Positions 8,266 to 16,923 of a DNA stretch of 64,000 bases are shown in pieces; the stretch's first letter is position 1, and every line of letters starts with the position of its first letter. The notes under the pieces were generated by a model. The model was given only the letters and a program-made list of their open reading frames with translations, had not been told where the DNA came from and did not search any database. Source of the DNA: Bacteroidetes bacterium GWF2_43_63 (lineage in GTDB: Bacteria; Bacteroidota; Bacteroidia; Bacteroidales; DTU049); assembly GCA_001769275.1 (NCBI GenBank), contig MEOQ01000001.1, forward strand, positions 4,604 through 68,603, in the 5' to 3' direction. A program made the position numbers and the translations under genes.

Positions 8266-8301
8266 CGAGACCGCCCCGATCGACCACTCTGGCATCTCTC
8301 C
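8266..8301 (-). pseudogene. orphan 5' half of tRNA-Ser (nt 1-36, ending inside the anticodon)
   Basis: 36/36 identical to 7862-7897. No T-arm (GGTTCGAAT) occurs between 8183 and 8265. Confidence 0.75.
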
Positions 8302-8358
8302 TTTTTCCCGCTTGGGAGCGCAAATTTACGGATAATTTTTATTCAACACGTTTTTTCG
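8266..8358 (-). repeat. copy B of a ~93-bp direct repeat (copy A is 7862-7955): tRNA 5' half, promoter and the 3' end of the GIY-YIG gene
   Basis: Offset 404 bp, only a few mismatches over the first ~93 nt, then decays. Copy B carries a 1-nt shorter A-run that frameshifts the relic (8343-8417). Confidence 0.8.
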
Positions 8359-8531
8359 TTCCATTGCTGGCCAAAGCTATAATCGAGTACTTCCGCGGAA
8401 AAAACGAAAACGCTCATGAAGTGGATGTGATTGTGATGGCAAAGCTACCGGCAATGGGAGGTTTGAAAGACTCGAAGTGTCTTTTATATAACCATCAAAC
8501 TCAATTAAGAAACAAATCAAATAAATTAAAT

Positions 8532-8783
8532 TTACTCGGCTGACAATCCCCCAATCAACCCCTCAACCACCTCCAGCTCCAATCCCGTCAGCAACACAAT
8601 ATCCTCAACACAGTAACCAGCGTAATGCAATATGATCGCTTCGCGCTTTGTCTCTATGTTTTCCGGATCCTGTAATACCGGAATGGTAAGATTAAACCCA
8701 CACACAGCGCAGGAATACAGGCTTCGGCCATTCACTGTTCCTTCTTCGCTGAAGTTTTCAGCCTTGCATTTTGGGCAGTACAT
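8532..8783 (-). CDS. small zinc-ribbon protein with a possible C-terminal HTH
   Basis: MYCPKCKAENF...YSCAVCGF gives two CxxC pairs. The ATG at 8783 is preferred because the track start is a TTG. Confidence 0.45.
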   Translation of the reverse strand: MYCPKCKAENFSEEGTVNGRSLYSCAVCGFNLTIPVLQDPENIETKREAIILHYAGYCVEDIVLLTGLELEVVEGLIGGLSAE

Positions 8784-8846
8784 AATGTTTCGCAATTATT
8801 TCGGGCTGGCTAATGAAAACCATGCCACAGCGATATTCATAATAAA

Positions 8847-9155
8847 TTACCAGGCTCTTCTTCTGGTTTTGCGGGGTCTGTAATTGTCTTCTTCGATTAT
8901 ATTTGCGTTGAATGGAACCTCTTTTTGATAAACAGTCTTCCACATATCATATTCCGCCCTTGACAGCTGTTTCTCCGCATAGGCGAGTTCAAGCTTGTTC
9001 AGCTTGTTCAGCGTGGTGGGTTTGTCGGATTTAGTCTTTTTAGCAGCGGTCTTTGCGGGTGTGGCTTTAGCAGCTGTGGCCTTTTTGGCCGGGGTTTTTG
9101 CAGCGGCTTTTTTGGCTGGAGCTTTAGCAGTGGTCTTTGCAGTAGTTTTTTTCAT
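8847..9155 (-). CDS. histone H1-like Lys/Ala-rich DNA-binding protein
   Basis: MKKTTAKTTAKAPAKKAAAKTPAKKATAAKATPAKTAAKK. The ATG at 9155 lies 22 nt downstream of a TATCTTTG box. Confidence 0.55.
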   Translation of the reverse strand: MKKTTAKTTAKAPAKKAAAKTPAKKATAAKATPAKTAAKKTKSDKPTTLNKLNKLELAYAEKQLSRAEYDMWKTVYQKEVPFNANIIEEDNYRPRKTRRRAW

Positions 9156-9176
9156 GGATTTGTTGAAATAGGGTCG

Positions 9177-9184
9177 CAAAGATA
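9177..9184 (-). promoter_or_regulatory. -7 box TATCTTTG upstream of the H1-like gene
   Basis: The reverse complement of caaagata matches TAnnTTTG. Confidence 0.4.
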
Positions 9185-9591
9185 ATAATGTTTTGGTTTG
9201 ATTGATAAAGGTTTAACAGGATGTGGTTTTGCACAAATATATCTTTATGGCGTGTGTTTTTTTGAAGGGGTACTGTTTGGTCTGGAAGAGTCACAGATCA
9301 GACGGAATTTAAAATAATTCTCGCTAAAGCAAAAATTAATAAGCATAGAAAAACACCCAGAAAGTAATTTTCCAAATTGACACCAAGTTCAGTTAGAGTC
9401 CTTTATTTGCCAATAACCTCATCTTTTAGATTTGTTTTGCATCGTCTCAACAGCCATCTTATTGTTCCCCCTAATTTTTCTATGATTGCGCACATAAAAT
9501 GCAGATTATAAATTTGGCAATTGTCCCATATTCATCTGATTTTTCTTCATTTTAGCAAGGTCCTATATTTTATATTTTAAAGCACTGATGG

Positions 9592-10461
9592 CTATACTCC
9601 CATCTCTGATTCTGCCGTCTTTCCCTCCATCAGCGCTGTCCACGAAATGCAGTTAAGCACGCCGCCGTCGTCGGCAATGTCGTTGCAATCGAGTTGTTTG
9701 ATGGTGCAGTCTTTGAAAATTTCTTCGAATATGTACATCGCTGTTTTATCCTCGTCGATATTATATGCCGGAAGCAAAATCAAATTCTCTATTTGCAGAT
9801 AGTTTATGTAAATGCCGTTTGCCTGCAGATTGGTGCGGTTTCCATAGGGGTTGTATGGAATTTCAATCGTATTCAGGCCGCTGCTGTGAATGGCTTTGTT
9901 GAACGCATCTTTGTATCCGCTGTCTTCGCGCACATTGTTGTTTACAATGATGGTCGCCTCATCGGCAAAGCGCACCAGTCCATCGGCATGACCAAACATG
10001 TCTTTGGGGTGGGTCGGTAAAAAGAAAATCCGTTCCACTTCGAGCAGGCGGCAGAGTTTGTTTTCCAATTCATCGCGGCTGTAGTTTGGATTCTCCTTAA
10101 AGACTTTATCGCACATAAAAACCTTGTCGGATGAATGGACAATATTGCCACCATCAACAATCAGGTCGGATTTTTCAACAGAGATCGGAATATTTTGAAG
10201 GATTTTTTCCACATCCGATATTGATTTTTGTTTCTGTTTTCTGCGCAGATAATCGGGGTTGTAGGTGAACTGAACAAAGCGGTCAGCACTCACCTGAACC
10301 GGCATGTAGTCGCGCGCCCAGATATCTTTTGTTGGTGACAGAAATTGGAGAACAACGCCGTGTCGTTTCAGCAATACTTCGAGTTTTTCGTAAAACGCTT
10401 CGACTTTGATGGGCAAAGAGTCGGCGAGATAAAGGGTGTTTGTTTTATTGTCGGGTATCAT
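9592..10461 (-). CDS. agmatine deiminase / porphyromonas-type peptidylarginine deiminase family protein
   Basis: DIWARDYMP, VDGGNI, FGHADGLVRF and GGVLNCISW (C-terminal catalytic Cys) occur in the order expected for PF04371. Shorter than typical AguA. Confidence 0.65.
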   Translation of the reverse strand: MIPDNKTNTLYLADSLPIKVEAFYEKLEVLLKRHGVVLQFLSPTKDIWARDYMPVQVSADRFVQFTYNPDYLRRKQKQKSISDVEKILQNIPISVEKSDLIVDGGNIVHSSDKVFMCDKVFKENPNYSRDELENKLCRLLEVERIFFLPTHPKDMFGHADGLVRFADEATIIVNNNVREDSGYKDAFNKAIHSSGLNTIEIPYNPYGNRTNLQANGIYINYLQIENLILLPAYNIDEDKTAMYIFEEIFKDCTIKQLDCNDIADDGGVLNCISWTALMEGKTAESEMGV

Positions 10462-10760
10462 AACAGCAAAGGTAATATTCTGCGCTGTTTATTTTTCATT
10501 GAAAGTAATATAGAATGCGTCTTTAGTAATTTCAATAAATAATTGTTTGTTGAATGGTTTATTTTATTCTGCTAAGTTTTTTTATGGTTGTTTGATTGCA
10601 TTGTGTTAAGCTTTTTTTAGCCACCGGGTTGTTGGGAACTCAATTCAATTACCCCCATAGATTTTTTATTTTATACATTTGTTTGGAATGAGCCAATACG
10701 CTTTTCTGTAAAAATGAATGGGAAATTTAAAAACGGAGTTTTTTATCTAACACGAATAAC

Positions 10761-11378
10761 ATGACAGCACCCGAAGCCAGTACAACTACGCTCAATTTAC
10801 TCTCAGCATTTGCAGACCGCACAAAAAGAAAGATTATTGCAACCGAAGCTGCATATCCCTCCAATGCTGCGGAACGCGTTGTTCATCACAAAAGAACCTT
10901 TTACATGCCAGCGAATGCCGAACAACAGTGTTTTTTGGCGGGTTACAGCGATCCGAAAAGTTTTGAGGAGAATGCAGTTTTTTTTGGCGTATTTTTTCCG
11001 GTAACTGCATCGCGCACACAAACACTTCATATTCGGAGAAAAAGTTTTTTGGATAATTTGAGTTTTTCGTTGCGTAAAAGGCGATTGACTTCCGGGAACA
11101 CTGATTTGGATTCTGCGGCTGTAATCACAGGCACAGACCGCGATTTCATCCTTGAAATATTAAAAAAACCAGATGCGGTTGACGTGATTAAGCAGATTCT
11201 TAAGCTGCCGGATGTTTTCAATGTTGGATTGAATGCGGTCGACTTAAGCTTTGTTCCGGCGTTTGAGCAACAATCGAACGTAGGTGTTTTCACGCGGCAG
11301 AAATGGGTGATGGATGCTGATACGATTGAAAATTTATTTTCGAAAACAGAAAAGTTGCGCAAAGAAATCCAGAAATAA
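10761..11378 (+). CDS. hypothetical protein
   Basis: 205-aa ATG ORF with no recognisable motif. Confidence 0.4.
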   Translation: MTAPEASTTTLNLLSAFADRTKRKIIATEAAYPSNAAERVVHHKRTFYMPANAEQQCFLAGYSDPKSFEENAVFFGVFFPVTASRTQTLHIRRKSFLDNLSFSLRKRRLTSGNTDLDSAAVITGTDRDFILEILKKPDAVDVIKQILKLPDVFNVGLNAVDLSFVPAFEQQSNVGVFTRQKWVMDADTIENLFSKTEKLRKEIQK

Positions 11379-11387
11379 AAAAGTTTT

Positions 11388-11570
11388 ATGCCTGTTCAAA
11401 AAATCTGTCCCCGCTGTAAATCAGACTTTTTGTGTCAACATGAAAACATCTCACAGTGCGCTTGTTCGAAAATATCGATCAATGAAAAAGAGATGGAATT
11501 CATAAAAAAACAATACAAGGATTGTTTGTGTGTGAAGTGTCTGCAGGAGTTGAAACTAATGCAAACATAG
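11388..11570 (+). CDS. small cysteine-rich (CWC-type) protein
   Basis: 60 aa with CPRC...FLC...CAC...CLCVKC, 9 nt after the preceding gene. Confidence 0.45.
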   Translation: MPVQKICPRCKSDFLCQHENISQCACSKISINEKEMEFIKKQYKDCLCVKCLQELKLMQT

Positions 11571-11574
11571 ACAC

Positions 11575-11660
11575 GCTGGGCGTAGTCTTTACAAATGTAA
11601 TTGCTGGGTTTAGTCTCCAGCCTAAACACAACAGATTATTTCTTTTTGACTACGCCCAGC
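11575..11660. repeat. nested palindromic element, family B copy 1
   Basis: Outer arms GCTGGGCGTAGTC / GACTACGCCCAGC and an inner hairpin gtttag..ctaaac. The second copy is at 34199-34283. Confidence 0.7.
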
Positions 11661-11879
11661 CTTTGATTCATAGCGCAAAATTGTCGGACGAAAATCGCTG
11701 CCATCCTGAGCCACACCGCTGTCATCCTGAGTGATGAAATAAGCAGCATTGCTTGTGGCCAAGCTTCATCGTATCGAAGGAGACAGCGACCGGGAAATCA
11801 ACCGCGGCGACGTATAACTTCTTTTGATTGAATACAAAATGGAGTTTTCCGAAATACCATTTGCTAAGCCAGACTCACC

Positions 11880-13094
11880 CTAAAAGCAATATTTTTTTAT
11901 TTGCATGGTTGCATCTTTATCGCCGAGCGACTCCGCTTTTTTGAAGTCGACACAGGCATCTTCTTTCTTGCCCATGCGTATCTCGCACAGTCCCTTGTAT
12001 TCAAATGCCTTTGCATATTTTGGATTGAACTGTGCTGTCAAAATAAAATCGTCCAATGCTTCCATGATTTTATCAAGATTGAATTTGGCCATACCCCGGT
12101 TGAAATAATAGTAATAAACGGTTGTATCTAGCATGATGGCTTTATCGAAATCAGCTATGGATTCGTTCAGCTGTTTGGTTTCTGAAAGCACCATGGCGCG
12201 GCTGAAATAATTGTCGGCCACATCGGGCGCAATCTGCACCGCTTTGTTCAAATCTTCGACAGCGCCAGTTGTATTTCTCATGCGCATTTTTGATAATGCT
12301 CTGCGTTTATAATAATCAAAATTGGTGGAATCGATTATAATTGCTGCATTGTAATCATTGATGGATCCTTCGGTATCGCGGGTTTCGGTTTTAATTATTC
12401 CGCGATAAAAATAATATTTTGACTCGTTCGGATTTCTCTCAATCGCTTGAGAAAAGTCGCGGATGGCTTCGGTGAAATAACGCATTTCAGCTTGTGAAAG
12501 TCCATGATTGAAATAATATTCAGCGTTGGAATCGTCGAGCGCAATTGCTTTATCGAGATCGACAATGGATCCTTCAAAATCTTTCAGATTGTGTTTTGCA
12601 AAAGCACGACCGGAATATGCTTCAGCTGACTGCAAGCCGAGTTCAATAGACTTATTGAAATCAGTCAATGCTTCTTTGAACAGTTTTGTTTCGTTGTACA
12701 ATGTTGCACGAAGCAGATGCGCATCGGCAAAATCGGATTTAATAGTGATTGATTTTGAAACATCGGAGAGAGCTCCATCTTTATCATTCAGCTTCACTTT
12801 TGCGGTGGCTCTGTTGTAGTATCCGAGCGATTGTCCGGAATCAAGTTTTACCATCATGTCGAAATCAGACAAGGCGCTGGAATAATCATTCAGTTGCATT
12901 TTGGATAGACCGCGATATCGATATGCCTGAACGTATTTTGCATCAGAAAGAATGGCGTTGGTGAATTCGGATGAAGCACTTCGAAAGTCGCCGGCTTTAT
13001 ATTTTAGTAATCCTGCATCGAAGGATTCCTGCGGAGTTTGGGCAATCACCAATACTGTAATAAATTGTAACAGGAGGATACTTAATATTCTCAT
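11880..13094 (-). CDS. secreted tetratricopeptide-repeat (TPR) protein
   Basis: Signal peptide MRILSILLLQFITVLVIAQ, then about ten 34-aa A..Y..RG....L.....A..DF..AI..DP-type repeats. Confidence 0.85.
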   Translation of the reverse strand: MRILSILLLQFITVLVIAQTPQESFDAGLLKYKAGDFRSASSEFTNAILSDAKYVQAYRYRGLSKMQLNDYSSALSDFDMMVKLDSGQSLGYYNRATAKVKLNDKDGALSDVSKSITIKSDFADAHLLRATLYNETKLFKEALTDFNKSIELGLQSAEAYSGRAFAKHNLKDFEGSIVDLDKAIALDDSNAEYYFNHGLSQAEMRYFTEAIRDFSQAIERNPNESKYYFYRGIIKTETRDTEGSINDYNAAIIIDSTNFDYYKRRALSKMRMRNTTGAVEDLNKAVQIAPDVADNYFSRAMVLSETKQLNESIADFDKAIMLDTTVYYYYFNRGMAKFNLDKIMEALDDFILTAQFNPKYAKAFEYKGLCEIRMGKKEDACVDFKKAESLGDKDATMQIKKYCF

Positions 13095-13384
13095 GTGGTG
13101 GGGATTTCCGAGCTTCTACGGACTGATTTACTGAATGTTGCCTTTTTAATACTTATTTAAGATGTTTTTTATCAGCGGGTTAGTTTCATGCATAACTCAC
13201 AATGCACATAGAGCCGAAGGCATCAAAGAATGCTGCGACCGTGTCACGTTTTACGTGAAGCACCATCCGATGTCCCGTAGGGACAACATATTGGTAGCGC
13301 TGGGCAACGCCCCGGGGAAAAGGTGTGCGACATGTCATCACGTGAAACGTGACAAGCTGTTTTACGTGAAGCTCATTTGAATTG

Positions 13385-13586
13385 GAAGGTCACGCGTCGG
13401 AGACGCGCGCCCAATGTCAGTCGCGGCCGTTGTTGCAAACCTCTCTGCGTCTGTCTGTGAGAATAAAATATAATCAGCGTTACTCCGCGTCTGTTTAAGG
13501 TGCTTTCGTGGCAAACTTCTCTGCGCCTTTGAGCTCTCTGCGCGAAACCTATGTTTTTTCTCTGCGCCTTTGCGATCTCTGCGCGA
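13385..13586 (+). repeat. 202-bp direct repeat, copy 1
   Basis: About 13 mismatches against 13704-13905 by eye. Contains 5 TCTCTGCG words. Confidence 0.85.
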
Positions 13587-13703
13587 CCCCCCCTGAATCA
13601 GTCTTCATCGCAGATGAAGCTGATTCGAATTAGCGTTCATAACTCCACCGATGCCGAGCAAAATATTTCGCGTGCATAAGCGTTCATTCGCGGAAGAAAA
13701 GAA

Positions 13704-13905
13704 GAAGGTCACGCGTCAGAGACGCGCGCCCAATGTCAGTCGCGGCCGTTGATGCAAACCTCTCTGCGTCTATCTGTGAGAATAAAATTTAATCAGCGTT
13801 ACTCCGCGTCTGTTTATGGTGCTTTCGTGGCAAACCTCTCAGCGTCCCTTCGCTCTCTGCGCGAAACCCATGTTTTTTCTCTGCGCCTTTGCGATCTCTG
13901 CGCGA
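13704..13905 (+). repeat. 202-bp direct repeat, copy 2
   Basis: Offset 319 bp from copy 1. Ends 17 nt from the pepT stop. Confidence 0.85.
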
Positions 13906-13922
13906 TAATCTCTGCGGACTAT

Positions 13923-15158
13923 TTACGCCTCTTTCGAGGAAACAATAGCAACGATATTCAAAATGGTATCCACTGCTTTCACCATGGTTTCAACAGCCAC
14001 GAATTCATGTTTGCCGTGAAAATTATGTCCGCCTGCAAACAGATTGGGGCAGGGCAGTCCCATGTAGCTGAGCCGGCTTCCGTCGGTTCCGCCACGGATG
14101 GGCTTCACATCGGGAGGAACACCTACATTGCGCATGGCTTGCATGGCGACTTCCACTACATGAAATACCGGTTCAATCATCTCGCGCATGTTGTAATACT
14201 GGTCTTTGAGTTCCAGCACAAATACGTCTTTTTTGTATTTTTTATTCAGATATTCGACAATATCTTGCATCTGTTTTTTGCGTCGCTCAAAAATGGTTTT
14301 GTCGTGATCGCGAATGATGTACGAAAGCTCTGCCGCTTCTACGGTTGCAGTTAGTCCGGTCAAATGGAAAAACCCGTCGTAATGCTCTGTAAACTCTGGT
14401 CTTTCATTCACAGGGAGCATTGAAATAAACTCAGTTGCAAGAAGAGAGGCATTGAGCATTTTATTTTTTGCATATCCCGGATGAATATTGTTTCCTTTGA
14501 TTGTAATTGTTGCAGCAGCAGCGTTGAAATTTTCATATTCCAGCTCGCCGGGGCCGCCTCCATCCAGGGTGTAAGCAAACGATGCCCCGAATTTATTAAC
14601 ATCGAAATGATCTACCCCTCGCCCGATTTCTTCGTCAGGCGTAAAAGCAATACAGATTTTGCCATGTTTGATCACCGGATGTTCCATCAGATATTCAACG
14701 GCGGTCATTATTTCAGCAATGCCGGCTTTATCATCGGCGCCCAGCAAGGTGGTGCCATCAGTGGTGATTAGGGTTTGGCCTTTGTAGCGCAATAAATCGG
14801 GAAAATCAACAGGGCTGAGAATAATGTTTTTTTCTGTATTGAGCGTGATGGGGCCACCGTCGTATCCTTCGATAATCTGTGGCTTCACGTCATTTCCGGG
14901 CATGTCGGGCGATGTGTCCATGTGCGCAATAAAACCCACGGGAGGAATGTCGCGGTCGATGTTTGACGGGATCGAAGCCATAACATATCCGTTTGCGTCG
15001 AGCGATACATCGGTCAGTCCGAACGTTTTAAGTTCCGTTGCGAGTGCATTCGCCAGTACCAGTTGTTTGTTGGAACTGGGGGTCGATTCGCTGTTTGGGT
15101 CGCTTTGAGTATCAAGTGCCACATAACGCAGAAAACGGTTGAGTAAAGTCTGTTTCAT
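13923..15158 (-). CDS. pepT: peptidase T (tripeptide aminopeptidase, M20B)
   Basis: MKQTLLNRFLRYVALDTQSDP, AHMDTSPD, GADDKAGIAEIM, PDEEIG, and C-terminal GGHNFHGKHEF. The internal ATG at 15158 is preferred over the track start. Confidence 0.9.
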   Translation of the reverse strand: MKQTLLNRFLRYVALDTQSDPNSESTPSSNKQLVLANALATELKTFGLTDVSLDANGYVMASIPSNIDRDIPPVGFIAHMDTSPDMPGNDVKPQIIEGYDGGPITLNTEKNIILSPVDFPDLLRYKGQTLITTDGTTLLGADDKAGIAEIMTAVEYLMEHPVIKHGKICIAFTPDEEIGRGVDHFDVNKFGASFAYTLDGGGPGELEYENFNAAAATITIKGNNIHPGYAKNKMLNASLLATEFISMLPVNERPEFTEHYDGFFHLTGLTATVEAAELSYIIRDHDKTIFERRKKQMQDIVEYLNKKYKKDVFVLELKDQYYNMREMIEPVFHVVEVAMQAMRNVGVPPDVKPIRGGTDGSRLSYMGLPCPNLFAGGHNFHGKHEFVAVETMVKAVDTILNIVAIVSSKEA

Positions 15159-15263
15159 ATCAACAGGAATTAATTCTTTATCAAAAATACAAGTTTCTGC
15201 GGAATGGAGCAATAAAATTGTTAATCTGGCTGTTTCAAATACCAAACGTCAGCGCAGAAACAT

Positions 15264-15404
15264 CATTCCAACGTCCGATAGCGACATCGGAGCGGGAGGA
15301 CGTGGAACCGTTGTTTCTGCTATTGTTACGACGGTTCCATGTCCCGGCATCAAAGCAAATCGCAACCTCATAACGATGCCGGAACGGTGGAATGTCGTAA
15401 CAAA
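15264..15404 (+). repeat. structured palindromic element, family A copy 1
   Basis: cattccaacgtccg...acgtggaaccgt(19-nt loop)acggttccatgt...cggaacggtggaatgtcgtaacaaa. Confidence 0.7.
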
Positions 15405-15504
15405 GCTTTGCCGTACGGCAGCATGTCAAACACACTTTTTCCTTCTTCATTTCCCAAACAAATATTACTTTTGAGAAAATTATCAGCTAATCAAAAAAAA
15501 CGAT

Positions 15505-16899
15505 ATGGAACTTTTTGAAAAACAAGTATATACCGCACGCCGCGAACGCCTGATGAAAAGCGGGCTCAAAGGCATTGCCCTGTTCATCGGCAACACCGAA
15601 TCACCCATGGACTATCCTTCCAATGGATATCACTTCCGTCAGGACAGCAATTTTTCCTATTTCTTTGGGCTTGACATTCCCGACATGGTTGGTGTCATTG
15701 ACTTTGACGAAGGAAGGCAACTTCTTTTTGCCAACGATGTTGATATTGAAGATATCATCTGGATGGGCCCGCAGCCTGCTGTGAAAGACCTTGCTGCTAA
15801 AGTCGGAATCACCGAAACACATCCGTTTGCTGAGATTGAAACCTATCTTGCAAAAGCGAAAAGCCAAAACCGACCCATTCATTTTACCCCGTCATACCGC
15901 GCCGAAAGCAAGATTAAGCTTAACAACTGGTTGGGTATTCCGTTCGGAGAAATGAAAACAATGGCCAGTGTTGATTTGATCAAGTCGGTGGTTTCGTTGC
16001 GCGCAATTAAGGAGCAGTGCGAGATTGACGAACTTGAAGTGGCTGCAAAAATTGGTTATGAAATGCACATGATTGCATTTCGTCACGCAAAACCGGGTAT
16101 TGTTGAACAGGAAATTTGCGGATTGATGGAAGGCGTTGCTTATCAATACGGCAAAGGACCTTCGTTTCCAATCATCCTGTCGGTGCGGGGCGAAACATTG
16201 CACAATCACAACCACTCGAATGTGATGCAGGCCGGACAAATGCTTCTGAGCGATGCTGGGGCGCAAAGCAACAAATATTACACATCCGATTACACCCGCA
16301 CCATGCCGGTGAACGGAAAATTCAACGAGCAACAAAAAATGATTTATCAGATTGTGCTTGATGCAAATAATCATGCGCTGTCAATCACAAAACCCGAAGT
16401 GACTTATCAGAGTGTGCATCTCTCGGTGTGTCGCGTCATTGCAGAAGGTCTGAAAAATGCCGGTCTCATGAAAGGCAATGTGGAAGAAGCGGTGAAGGCT
16501 GGAGCACATGCCATGTTTTTCCCGCATGGTCTTGGTCACATGATGGGCATGAATGTGCACGACATGGAAGACCTGGGCGAAAATTATGTCGGTTACGACG
16601 ATGAAGTAAATCGCATTGATCAGTTCGGCACGGCGTATCTCCGCATGGGACGCCGCCTGAAGGCAGGTCATGTGATGACCGATGAACCAGGCATTTATTT
16701 TATTCCGGAACTCATCGATCAGTGGAAAGCTGAAAAGAAATTTGAAGATTTTATCAATTATTCCGAAGTGGAAAAATTCAAAACCTTTGGAGGAATCCGC
16801 CTTGAGGATGACATTCTGGTGACAGAAGGCGGTTCACGTTTCATCGGTAAGCGGCTTCCAATAACCATTTCGGAAGTTGAAGAAGCAATGAAGAAATAA
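15505..16899 (+). CDS. Xaa-Pro aminopeptidase / aminopeptidase P family (M24B)
   Basis: N-terminal YHFRQDSNFSYFFG, and the metal-ligand region HGLGHMMGMNVHD, EPGIYF, GIRLEDDILVT. Confidence 0.85.
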   Translation: MELFEKQVYTARRERLMKSGLKGIALFIGNTESPMDYPSNGYHFRQDSNFSYFFGLDIPDMVGVIDFDEGRQLLFANDVDIEDIIWMGPQPAVKDLAAKVGITETHPFAEIETYLAKAKSQNRPIHFTPSYRAESKIKLNNWLGIPFGEMKTMASVDLIKSVVSLRAIKEQCEIDELEVAAKIGYEMHMIAFRHAKPGIVEQEICGLMEGVAYQYGKGPSFPIILSVRGETLHNHNHSNVMQAGQMLLSDAGAQSNKYYTSDYTRTMPVNGKFNEQQKMIYQIVLDANNHALSITKPEVTYQSVHLSVCRVIAEGLKNAGLMKGNVEEAVKAGAHAMFFPHGLGHMMGMNVHDMEDLGENYVGYDDEVNRIDQFGTAYLRMGRRLKAGHVMTDEPGIYFIPELIDQWKAEKKFEDFINYSEVEKFKTFGGIRLEDDILVTEGGSRFIGKRLPITISEVEEAMKK

Positions 16900-16923
16900 A
16901 TCAACGAAATAAAACGACACACT

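Noticed and set aside
8183-8301. A second complete tRNA, or an intron-containing tRNA-Ser, starting at 8301.
   Set aside because: Only nt 1-36 are present. The next 83 nt on the minus strand contain no T-arm (GGTTCGAAT) or acceptor 3' strand, only two unrelated hairpins.
7591-8543. Plus-strand ORFs 7591..7794, 7766..8011, 7803..8036 and 8181..8543.
   Set aside because: They read through the tRNA gene, its terminator or promoter, or run antisense to the GIY-YIG gene. No motifs are present.
13162-13380. 72-aa plus-strand ORF.
   Set aside because: It lies wholly within dispersed repeat modules that recur in the non-coding DNA at 42.1 kb.
13385-13905. Possible CRISPR array, because repeats alternate with unique DNA.
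   Set aside because: There are only two copies. The units are 202 bp rather than 25-40 bp, the copies are imperfect, and no cas genes are in the window.
13749-14354. 201-aa plus-strand ORF.
   Set aside because: It starts inside the 202-bp repeat and then runs antisense to the well-supported pepT gene.
16900-16923. FMN riboswitch upstream of ribE.
   Set aside because: Only 24 nt separate ribE from the preceding gene, which leaves no room for the ~150-nt aptamer.
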